Assembly: GCF_006345805.1 (NCBI RefSeq)
Contig: NC_042997.1
Coordinates: 120,342,001-120,406,000, forward strand
Direction: 5' to 3'
DNA: 64,000 bases
Source of the DNA: Octopus sinensis
Lineage: Eukaryota
Shown here: one piece after another, positions 52,116-63,867 of the stretch
How the letters are laid out: each line of letters opens with the position of its first letter
Numbering within the stretch: position 1 is the stretch's first letter
Position numbers and translations under genes: made by a program
Notes under the pieces: generated by a model
Seen by the model: the letters and a program-made list of their open reading frames with translations, nothing else
The model's database searches: none
Told to the model about the DNA's origin: nothing

Positions 52116-54143
52116 TGCATATATATATATATGTGTGTGTATGTTTGTATATATATATATTGCATCATATGTGTACTATACTTTACAGCAGCTCGTTTCC
52201 TAACACTCGATTAAAACAAACCTTTGTAATATCTACAACGAAAATAATTATAATCTAAAATAAAATCTGGATCCCCACAGATTAAGCAACTGAAGAACAT
52301 AAACGTCGAAAGCAGAAATAAATGAAACACCGAATTAAGCAACATAGAAAACTAGTGAAGATACAAGTAAGAAAAGAAAACAGTGAAATTAGATATAATA
52401 TTTGTGATATAGAAGAATCTAAGCAGAATCGAATAATGTGTGAAATGAACGTACATTGAATGGAAATAAAGGAAAAATAAATCTCAAGAGTTAATTTAAT
52501 TAACAACGAAAAACGTCAAAACAGAGATAAATACTAACAAATATGAAATAAAAGACAGACGTACTCAAAATTATCTAAAAACCAAATCGCGAACCGACAA
52601 CGATTTATTACGTTCCTCATTCGTGCAAGACACAAAATAATTTATATTGAGGGCGGTGATTATTAATCTTCTTTAGTATAGACAATGGGCGGAGCGCTGT
52701 ATTATCTGTTATTGAACAACGGGAAAGGTGTCTGGAATGAAATAATAACCGAAGAAGGATAGAGACAATGTTAAGGAAAGTGATCGGTATTTTCAAGTGA
52801 TACTTACAAATTATGTTCATAAATATTCACAGTTCTGTCGAAAGAACCGGAAAAGAAATTTAAATAATTCACGGAAATAAAAGACATAAAATATAGTGAA
52901 AGCTGATATGTAAAATGAACGAGAAGTTTGATTCTAATATTTGATTACTAAATGTAGGGCTGATGTGTAAGAAGATGGAACAATTTACAAGTTGAGTAAG
53001 ACGTACTGATTAACTGAGAGCAAAATAATATTATTCGAGTGAAGAATCGTTAACAGTCTAATATCAAGTATTTATCGAGGTAGAATGAAATAGTACCATG
53101 ATATATACGAGACAACACACACACATACATATATAAACAACAAATGGAAAAAAACAAAACAATAAATTCAATTCAATTTAAATATTTTATACAAACATTT
53201 GACACATTTCATAATTTATAGCTGTTTCTGCTTCATTAATAAAAGGAAGGTTTTCAAGAATAATCAAATCTGTTTCAATATGTAATGATGCTGCATAAGA
53301 TTGACATACCTTCTTAAATATTTGACGACAAATATCAAATGAAAACATTTAAATTTCTAAATCTTTACAAATACCCTCTATAAGCTTAATCATAAATAAC
53401 CAAATAATCTAAGAGAAATTTAATTCTATAACTATTCCGTTCTGTAACTGATTTAGTTGCTCAATACAGACTTTTATGTACACAAATATTTATATATGCT
53501 TATATATTCACACACACGCATACACCTATCATTTATGTATGCATACATACACACACGTGCGTATGCACAAATGAATATAGACATACACAAGTTTAGTTTT
53601 TCATATATATATATATATATGCATGTATCTATATCTATCTATCTATATATATATATATATATATATGCATATATCTATATTTTTACAAGTTACATACATA
53701 TACAATTCATACACTCATGTATCTATTTATATTAGAATATCATTTTATATATATTAATTCAAAACTAAATAGTTTTAATTTCACTATTAGAATGCAGGGA
53801 AGATAAGTATTCTTTCGTTTATAGAAACAAATCAAAAACCAAAATCAATTGGATAAGGTTAACGAAAAACTATTTAAATATATTCATACAACAAAAACAA
53901 AATGTCCCACATACTAACAACGAGCCAAAGCAACAAATTAAATAAGATAAATACGCTATATCTACATATAAACCCCATTATTTCTTTACTCACATATATT
54001 TATCGATACTTATAAAAGAAAACGAAAAACTAAACCAAGTCTAAACGGACATAGTAAAATAAATTGTATGTACAGATAAAAAAACACAACAATACCAATA
54101 TAAAATGATGTATTATTTTATTTTCCATCCAGCCCTCACGCTT

Positions 54144-54187
<44 letters not shown>

Positions 54188-54317
54188 GTACCAAATCAAA
54201 TATATATATATATATCAAACACTACACATATATACATATATAAATATACATATATACTTATATACAAATTTACATATTGTGATATATCCTCATATATAGC
54301 ACATTATTCATTCACAC

Positions 54318-54416
<99 letters not shown>

Positions 54417-54535
54417 ATACATCCATACACATACATTTATACATGCATGCACATAGACACACATATACATACTCATACAGAGCTATACATTCACACAGCT
54501 ACGCATATGTATCAACATATATATATATATATAAC

Positions 54536-55012
54536 TTATAAACAAGGACAAGAGAAAAAATTCTAATGCCAAATATGCCGAAACTAGACACATTGTCCAT
54601 AACCATATAATTTATCACAGCAAGCACGTTACTCGAAGAAAGTCGACAGACATTTCTAAAAAATTCCTTTATTACCATATCGGACCCGATTTCAGAGTTA
54701 GATCATAAGAACCTTCCCTTCGTCAGTGACAAATGCGGCAAAGAAATAAATTAAATACTTACTTATACCCATGGAACAAGCAAACTCTAAGTCATGAGCA
54801 CAATAAAGTATCCCAAATATATCCAAAATAGAAATTATCTAGCTTATTCGAGACACGTGCGATCCGAACTGAAACTCTCACAGAGTGAGAGAGTCCAGAA
54901 GTGAACACTATTAAGTTACATCTAATATAGGATAACATTTTTCGAAAAAAACAAGGTGTCTAGTTCCGGCATATATGGCATTAGATATTTTTCCTTTTGT
55001 CCTTGTTTATAA
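54536..55012 (-). mobile_element. ORF-less element with ~61-bp terminal inverted repeats and an internal hammerhead
   Basis: Arms 54536-54596 / 54951-55012 with a few mismatches; lies between (TA)n tracts. Confidence 0.78.
54672..54732 (-). ncRNA. Type I hammerhead ribozyme, canonical core
   Basis: UUGUCA-CUGACGA-AGGG..AGGUU/GAUCU..CUCU-GAA-AUCGG-gu-CCGAU-A-UGGUAA. Stem I is 6 bp (two G.U); near-palindromic 5-bp stem III; AUA cleavage triplet (site at 54678). Confidence 0.75.
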
Positions 55013-55083
55013 ATTTAGCCTTTAAAGGTGTTTTTTGATATGCTGGCCATTGATAAAATGTTTTTCGAAAAATTTTATCCTAT

Positions 55084-55157
<74 letters not shown>

Positions 55158-55160
<3 letters not shown>

Positions 55161-55430
55161 ATAAAAAGAGTAAGACAACAAAAGAAAGAGAACTCGATAT
55201 TATGTAAATAGAGGAATTTATCTGTTAACGTGTAATATGTGACAATTACTCGGTAGCCATGATAAAACTCCGAGTTTCGGATGCCGATGTGGAAATTCAC
55301 GCCGGCATGTCTCCAGTTATACGATTGCCGGCTAACTGAAGAGATGACTGCGTGGATTTCCACCTCGGCATCCGAAACTCGGAGTTTTATCATGGCTATC
55401 AAATAGTAGTCACATATTACATTTACAGAT
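55158..55430. mobile_element. PLE terminal-repeat fragment of the 43.1-43.7 kb family, folded back on itself
   Basis: Starts (TA)n|ttgataaaa at the same point as 43149; 55254-55319 and 55333-55398 are inverted copies, with pairing extending to 55221/55429. Confidence 0.8.
55333..55389 (+). ncRNA. Type I hammerhead ribozyme, intact core but short stem I
   Basis: UAA-CUGAAGA-GAUG..UGGA/UCCA..CAUC-C-GAAA-CUC-G-GAG-UU-UUA; one extra nucleotide before GAAA; GUU triplet (55384-55386). Confidence 0.55.
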
Positions 55431-55489
55431 ACATATATATATTGAGACTTTTTCAACTGTAACAATTAAATAATTAAATTTAGAAAATT

Positions 55490-55720
55490 TCTGTTTTGGA
55501 GAATTTTTATCTGGGATCTGTGCAGGGCCATTCTTTTACGTAGACTATGTTTTGTTTGGCCTTTGTATTGCTCTTGACATCCAAAGCAGGTTTGTGTGTA
55601 TATCAGGTTCTCCGAAGCACATGTGAAGTTGCTTTTCACTGTGAAACGTTGTCCCTGTTTGTAGGAGAACTCTGATCCCTCAATTAGATAATATCATATC
55701 CCCACAATTGGGTCTTTCAT
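55490..55720 (-). pseudogene. PLE GIY-YIG endonuclease fragment (N-terminal part)
   Basis: YLIEGSEFSYKQGQRFTVKSNFTCASENLIYTQTCFGCQEQYKGQTKHSLRKRMALHRSQIKI contains the LIY..C..C...Y.GQT...R...H pattern. Confidence 0.85.
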
Positions 55721-55721
55721 A

Positions 55722-56020
55722 TAAAAAGCAAGAGACGGCCCAAATTTATGAAAAGTCTCCTAACACAAGACCAAATACACTCAACAACACAGAAGCCGTC
55801 ATTAAAAAATGTGGAAGACACACTTGTGGAATATGCGATTATCTGAAATAGCATTCAGCCAACACATAGACATTTGCGCCAACAACAAAAATCCAAGCTT
55901 CAGAATTTTTCCCCTCTACCAATTCAGGGACGATACAACCTGGAGCCAACGAATTAGTAAAGAAACTCTTTTTATTACAAAATACAGGCCCCTTCTGAAA
56001 GCGTCTACGACAAACGACAT
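55722..56020 (+). pseudogene. PLE linker, zinc finger and GIY-YIG C-terminus, internally deleted
   Basis: SKRRPKFMKSLLT, KKCGRHTCGICDYLK, then AFSQHIDICANNKNPSFRIFPLYQF...RISKETLFITKYRPLL. Confidence 0.8.
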
Positions 56021-56185
56021 ATCCACCTCAGCATTAGAATAACACAAATACACACGCAAATATTAAAATTGATACACTCAAGAGATTTCCAACAATTCAT
56101 TAAAAAACAGTGCCAATCACTGCTATAATCTATTAGGTGCCAATTTTAAATCATTTAACACCTTTCTACATTCATTCTTCTTCTC

Positions 56186-56186
<1 letters not shown>

Positions 56187-56216
<30 letters not shown>

Positions 56217-56272
56217 CTTCTTCTTCTTCTTCTTCTTCTTCTTCTTCTTCTTCTTCTTCTTCTTCTTCTTCT
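56187..56272. repeat. (CTT)n microsatellite
   Basis: Direct reading of the sequence. Confidence 0.97.
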
Positions 56273-59200
56273 CACTTCTCCTTCCTAACTTTATCACTAA
56301 TGCTTTTTAGAATAACACCTACGCAAATTCTATAAACAAAACATTCTAAAGAAATATTTTCATGAATTGAACATGGACAGCTACCATCCACTGGCCATTC
56401 AAAATACTACTATCATGGCACTCACAAATTTTTCTCTTCTTCCTCTGCTCCTCCTTCTCCTCCTCCTCCTTCTCCTTTTTCTTCTCTTCTTCCCTTCCAA
56501 GAATTCACAAGGACCTCGAAACCACAAGAGTAAACAAGAGGGACAGCGACATGCAGAAACAAGGAAAATGCCACTTGTATTTGAAATCTATACAAATATT
56601 CTTTTAAAAAAACTTTTCTTTTAATTTTTCTCAATTTAATTATTTCATTGTTAAATATAAGTAAACTAGTACTGTATTGCGTGAAGGGATGTGCGTAGCA
56701 TGTATTTATATGTGTGTGTGTTTGTGTGGCAATATAGTGTGCGTGTGTATTGTATGTGCTTATACAGAAGATCAGGATGTACAAATTATACTCAGAATAA
56801 CTAGAAGTTACTTTATTCTGATATACACTTGAAGGGGATAAGAGGTATCCAGCGCACGTTATATGTGAGTTCAAACTGCGCTGTTCAAAACGTAGATGGA
56901 ATTTATTGACTAAATTGTATAACAGCAATTCATAAGTGATTACTTGTGGTTGCAGAGGGAAGTTATCTCTGTGATATGTTAGTAGAAGTCGAAAAATAGG
57001 GTCATGTTTGGTTGTTAGAGCATGGTTTATATAACGAATGAAATTTTATTAGACTGATTCTTCTTGTTGCTTAAAGAAACACATGCTCTAATTGAGCGAA
57101 CCTCTCCTCATATGCATTCGATAAAAAAACAACCTGTATTTATCTACAGAAAACTTAGAAATATATCATATATGCAATGTAATCTTTTAGTAAGCACAAA
57201 TTTGGTAAATTTGATAGACACCTCATCATTACCTCGACCACAGTAAAGGTTTTGAGAGCTCTTTCTCATTTCCGTCTGAAGCTATTGCATGTAAAACGAA
57301 ATGTTTCCTTAGCTTTTGGGGAGTGTTTATATAAAGGAAGTTTAAATAAAGGAAGTGACAATGACTTGTCATGTGTAATGTTTGCATAATTTTATTGGAA
57401 ATTTTCCAACGGGCGGCTCGTACCATAGCTGGTCCTATCAAGCTATTTGCTTGAGGACCAGATTCGATCAAACGCTCCGCCGATAGCGTCTTCTTGAAAA
57501 ACAGCCACCCGTCTTGATCACATTTTACAATAAATTTTCATAACGAATGCTAAAATAATCCAAATAAAGATTATTTAAATACGGACTCATAATGTTATGT
57601 GAAATATACTATATCTAATCTTTTATGACTTCAACGTTTTTGATAAAATGTGTAAACAATCCAGGATTACTTAGAGCTGAAACTAATAATATGCGCAAAT
57701 CAAAAGCAACGTGCTGGACACAAATATTAGTTATTCTATAGCAGCTAACCACTTCATTCATCACTCATTTCGCCTACAATATATGGCTTGCATTAAAAAA
57801 TATGACACCTTTCACAATATTTCTTACTGCATGTGATAGAATATTGTAATGTTTAAAATATAATTAAGAATAAATGAAGAAGTCCCATTGTTTCACCTGC
57901 CTGGAAATGTTCTCCATATTTTAACTTTATTTTTGTATTTATGCAAAAAGGGTGAACATTATTCTAAACAGGCTATTATTTGTTGCATTCACTCTATATT
58001 ATTCCGCACGGAAACTGGACATCAAGATACGAGAAACAACTATAAAGAGCTAATTGGTCGATTTATCAAAAGAAGCGTCCTAGCACAGAAAGCCAATCGA
58101 GAGAAAGAAAATATAAACATCAAAGGAAAGTGTCAGAAACCGCTGAAGCGTTCATCGAACAGAACATTCTTAATATGGCAATTCTGCAATTCTTGAGAAA
58201 AACCCGTCATAAAAGAAAAGTCGATTAGATTTCTTTGGATTACTAAGAGCATACAGTATAGTGACTAGCAAATAAAATAACAATGTAAAGCGAAACAAAA
58301 CGCAGTGATAAGAAAAGCGATACCCGCTTTTGCTTACGGTTTTATTGTGTCTACACAATTTCGTCTGATGTCTTGATGTTTGTTATTGTAACCATTTCTA
58401 TATTTAGAAGTATATTATTTGAATAAACCGAGCTTAATGCTAAATTAATTTATAGTAATCATTACCCAGGCGTAAGAAGCAAATATTGCAAAAAACGATC
58501 ATAAAAGACTATCAAATTCACTCATATGAGAAGATAATTTACAAGATTTACTTTGAAAAGAACATGAAACAGCATAGTAATAATACCAGAGTAGAATGTG
58601 CATAGAAATCTATTAGCATTAATACAAATAAACAATGGTATTAATACTAGTGGAGCTAGGAATACACTATCCTAGATAGCTAAACATACGTAAATCGTGG
58701 AAAAAGAAGCAGCTTAATATAACCAAACTGGACTGGAATACTATATATTAAGCACAATATTCATTATGGACTGAACAAGGTCAAATTTGATAAAAAACTT
58801 GGTTGAGACTTTCGTCACCTTATGTAACTGGTATTTAAAAAAACCCGGAAATATTCAAATGCAATGAGAATATATTAAGACTGTTGGCTCCCTTTTATTC
58901 ACTGACGTTTAGGGCAATTGTTATATATGGGACTTGTGTGGTAACAGTGATTTGAAGCTGTTATTCGTGGCACCGCGGTAACAAAATCGAATCGCTTCAA
59001 ACGGGAATATAACATCTTGAATTTAAATAGAGATGAAAAAAATAAAACAATAATTATTTACTGGAAATATGGGAATACATCTACATCTGTTTGAAGTCGA
59101 CTCACTTCGAATAATAATATAAAATGCTGTATTGAAAAATAAATGAAACAAAAACAAGAATTATTTGTTGGAAATATGAGAATGTATCCACATGTTTTTG

Positions 59201-59621
59201 AACAGAAATATTATAGAGAAATATACCCTCTTTAAGCAACTCCTCAACAATATCATTAAGCATAACTACATACACTGAATAGATATAACACAATTTATGA
59301 ACAAGCGACCGATAAATTAACACACCTGAATGATATGAAAAATGAAATGAGATCATACGCAATATACAATTGGATAAGTTCTAGAAATTGTTATGTATCG
59401 TTGGGAATATAATTCTATTTTTCTCTTAGTTTTGGACAGAACTGAAGGAACATAGGCAAATGTATAATTTCACATCCAAATAACAGCTGCGGCGAAAATA
59501 CACATTAATGTCAGTGTATTCATTTGCAGAAAGAAAAATTACAGACAGAATCCTGAAGATGTACTCAGACAAAGACATTTCCTAGACAAGAATCCATATA
59601 TGAATAATATGTATCTATATA

Positions 59622-59659
<38 letters not shown>

Positions 59660-59697
59660 TATATTTATATATATGTATGCATGCATATATATGTATA

Positions 59698-59789
<92 letters not shown>

Positions 59790-60799
59790 CATATGCGTGT
59801 GCGTGTGAGTGGATGAAATGTTATATGAAAAGAAAGGGAAAATAAGAGGGAAAACACGAAAACAAGAACGAAGACAGAGGGGTGAGGAAACGCTAAAACA
59901 GACATGGCGGTAATAGATTCAGTAACTATGAGTCACAAATGTGTACAGGTCATGGAATGAATAAAATCCAAAGTGATTTCATTACATACTTTCAAATATT
60001 GCGTATTAAAATAGCCACATTCATAAAACATTTCTAAATTCAAACGCAAACTATTCGTGATATTGGCAAAATTTCAACTCACTCTATATTGATAAATTCA
60101 TAAACAAATTGATTTTACTCTATACTTCTCTTACTGCTGGAAGTATTCGGGAAAATTAGGAAGCTATATACTACCTCTTTCCTTGGTTCTCTTTACTCAA
60201 GTATATTTCTCCTCTCAATATTTCGCATGAGTTTTACTTCAATAAATTGCACATGAATGTTTGCCTAATATTTCTTCTATGTATTTTAGTCCCTTTCGAA
60301 AAAATAAAAAACTTTTTTACATACGCCTAACTCTAGGCATTAGCTGCCTCACTTATACTCTTTTGGGGGTTGTACGTAAAAGGTTTGCACACAGATGCGT
60401 GCTCTCTCCCTTCAAAACCCTATATTTCACAGCCTATTCTTTTTAAGGCAACCATTTTTTCTTGGTGTCGCGGAGAGGTACATATAATCTATGTTGTGCC
60501 TTGATAAGATCGCGAATTGCGACACAGGTTTCTGACATATCTAGCAGGGTGAATATCTGAAGAATTAATCGATTAGTAAATTGTTTAAATTTCAACAAAT
60601 TGACTAATTTAATAAAGAAGTGGAATAAAACCAGTGTTTATGTTTATTGTAAAAAACGTCCCACCCAAAAACATCAAAATGTATTTCAACACCCGAGTTC
60701 ACATCAAGAATCTTGAAAATCAACCACAAATACAACACATATTTGTGACTCTATTTGTATAGTGAAAATATACAGGAATATTTCAGCTGTAGCAGATAC

Positions 60800-61216
60800 T
60801 ACAGTCGAACCAATATGGCTCAGAAACCTAGACGTTATCAAAGAAGCTTGAGAGGCGGTTGGGTGGAACTTACACTCGCCTCCTTATGAGAGCTCAAAAT
60901 CTCTCGTGGAAGCGTCATCCAACCAAAGTACAAATATATGGGAAATTACCACCTGTATCATCTCTTGTGAAAGGCGGAAGAATCCAGTTTGCTGGACATT
61001 GTTGTAGAGCTGAAAACGAGGTAATTTCTACTCTTCTCCTCTGGAGGCCATCTGCTCGCAATACCAGAGGGCGCACACTCTCCTACCCTGATGTAATCTC
61101 TAGGGATACAAGCATGCAGCAACAGGAGCTCCGTAATGCTATGATGGACCGTGAAGTCTGGTGTAACATAGTAAATTCCATTGTCTCGACCACGGTCGAA
61201 CAATGATGATGATGAT
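60800..61216 (+). mobile_element. RTE-like LINE 3' end with (TGA)n tail
   Basis: GTYTRLLMRAQNLSWKRHPTKVQIYGKLPPVSSLVK..RIQFAGHCCRAENEVISTLLLW...DREVW; tail tgatgatgatgat. Confidence 0.8.
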
Positions 61217-62954
61217 ACCACAAAAATATATGTAGAAAAGAAGATCGCCTGCCAGGAAAGACAAATATCGATGCAGCCGATTCATCGGTAAAAAATTGAC
61301 GATTATAACTCATTGTATATTGTCATGATTTGAAGGTCACTTTCACGTATGATTAATAAATTGTGAAAAGAATAAAACAAAACTATATGCTTTGCTTTTG
61401 TATTGATTTTATCTTCAACTCTGATATATAAAGGCCCACAATATGTTTTAATCATAGTCACGTCACAGAATTATTGACAACAATAGCTATATTATTAATT
61501 GTCTCTGAATTATGGAGCCCCTCTAACTTACGGAATAAATTATGTGTGTATCACACGTAGTTTGATGTTTCCATGTAATATTATTTCAGAGTTAATAATC
61601 TTCTTTCTCGATTATTTACTCCTTCACCTGTCACTGAATACAATTTCATTAATATCAAAGCAGTAAGAATTAAATTTCAATACACTGTGGCCATATTTCA
61701 AAAATTTATCATTTTCAAGGAATGGCAGATCAAAGAGATTATTTAAAACAATATAAACTTTAATCAGCATTATAGTAAAATTTATTGCTCTGAGCTGCTA
61801 TACAATTATTGGGTCTTCTATCATTTGCTCTAAGTACTAAATTTTACTAATTTCATTTCTTTACTTTGATCTTATTGTTTTGAGGAAACGAAGTATTTAT
61901 AGATTTTAATCATTGCTGCCAAACCATTTGTTTGATTATCAGTAAAATAGATTGCTTGATTGTGTAGTTAATTGCGTTTGTTATATAATTTCTCTGTTAA
62001 ACTACATGCAAGTATCTCAGCTGAATTACTCCAAACGATAGAATCTTCTTCACACTTTCCGCAGGGAAATTTCCTCTATTTATAAACACGTTATAAACTC
62101 CTATACCACCGTTTTAAGTCATTTGTCTTTAATACGTTTTATTCACAAGAGAGATAAAAATTGAATTTACTGTGGTTATCAGGAAAACAAAAATCTAGCC
62201 TCTGGTGTATTCTGGATGAAAAAAATGTTTTCTTTCAAGTACATCAAAAGTTATAAGCAACTTTCAAACAAAACTTCCAGTGAATGAGTGAAAGAAATAT
62301 TCAGATTTCTCGGTTTAAGTTTGTAAAAATCCTGCTTTCAAGTTTTCTTATCATTGAAAGCTATAGCACTGCATTATGATTTTCGTAAAATTACGCATCG
62401 ACATTCTTCATTTCAATTATTATGGCAACACACAGACACACATCCGCGATAGGATATACCTATTAAGTACATATCGGGTAATTATTTGATCGAACCGAGA
62501 GGAATATAAGAGGAGTGCAACACTTTAATGCCGGACGTTTTGGTTTATATTTAACATTTCTTTCAGTCTTCTGCAATATAAAGCAGTTTTCGAACAAACA
62601 CACAGGCCTTTGAATCATAGTGAGACGAGGATTTAATACTTCTCTGTTACTTTATTTTTCGTCGGTCGGATTGGAAATAAAGCATCAAGTATTTTGTGGC
62701 GTTTTCCCTGACAACGATTTTAGGAATACAAAATGAAAAACGAAAAGAAGTTTTAGAATTCCTCCTCCAGCAGATAGCAAGCTATTTTCTTCAAATAAAA
62801 CTTAAACAACTAATAGAAAGGAAAATCGTAATGGACAATAAACTCCTACGTCGGCTCTATCTGAAACAGATGGCGATCCTTGAAATATTTCGGGTGAAAA
62901 GTAAGGATTGTTTAATTTTATAATAATTATAATATAAACAGTCGGAAAATTGGA

Positions 62955-63575
62955 GTATTAAAATATGTATATGCTTAATGACAATAACACAAAAAATACT
63001 GAACATGAACTGGAGGGTCAACTTGAGTAATGAGCAAGTGTCTCCGCTGTACCGCATCCGTAATAGAATGGATGAATCCAGTGCCCATATTACAAAGGAA
63101 TGCCCTAGACTTGCCCCAAACCACTGCAAGTTGTGGCGACACGACCAAGTAGTGAAATTTCTACACAGGAAACTGCGCAAAAAGTGAAAGCTAGAGAGAG
63201 GCAAGACGCGGTATGAGCACAAGCCGCAGCAATCCTCTGGGATTTCCCAATCCAAACAAAGCAGGTGCTAGAGCACAACAGACCGGATCTAGTGGTGATA
63301 GAGAAAGTGCAACAGATACTATACAGTTGACATTGCATGCCCCTTGACCCACGAATAGTTAGGAAGGAAGGCGAAAAGATAGATAGATACAAACCACATA
63401 AGTACGAAATACACGGCTATGGAAAATGGAGAAGGTGAAGATAGTGCCAATTATTGTTGGGACCTTGGGAACGGTATCAAAAGGCATCAAGAGGAATATA
63501 AAGGAAAGAGAAATAGAGTGTCCAGTAGAACTGGCACGGCCAGAATAATCAGGAATGTATTAGATGGCTGAAAAG
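62955..63575 (+). mobile_element. R4/Dong-type LINE 3' fragment (CCHC plus REL)
   Basis: AHITKECPRLA..RHDQVVKFLH, LWDFPIQTKQVLEHNRPDLVVIEK, VDIACPLD, LWKMEKVKIVPIIVGTLG. Confidence 0.85.
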
Positions 63576-63668
63576 AACAGATACCGTAGACTGCAGGTAG
63601 TAAGCCCGCTATGCATACAAGACTCTAAGAGCTCAAACAGAACGTGCGATGAAGAGAGAGAAAAAAAA

Positions 63669-63830
63669 CTAATAATAATAATAATAAGACGAAGAAGAAG
63701 AAAAAGAAGAAGAAGAAGAAGAAGAAGAAGAAGAAGAAGAAGAAGAAGAAGAAGAAGAAGAAATATAACAATAACAACAAAAACAACGACAACAATAATA
63801 ATAATATTAATAATAATATTAATAATAATA

Positions 63831-63866
<36 letters not shown>
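63669..63866. repeat. (TAA)n-(AAG)n-(CAA)n-(TAA)n compound microsatellite
   Basis: Direct reading; source of the poly-R, poly-I and poly-L ORFs. Confidence 0.95.

Positions 63867-63867
<1 letters not shown>

Noticed and set aside
55990-56120. SECIS element downstream of the PLE ORF end
   Set aside because: No convincing AUGA/GA quartet with apical AA could be folded.
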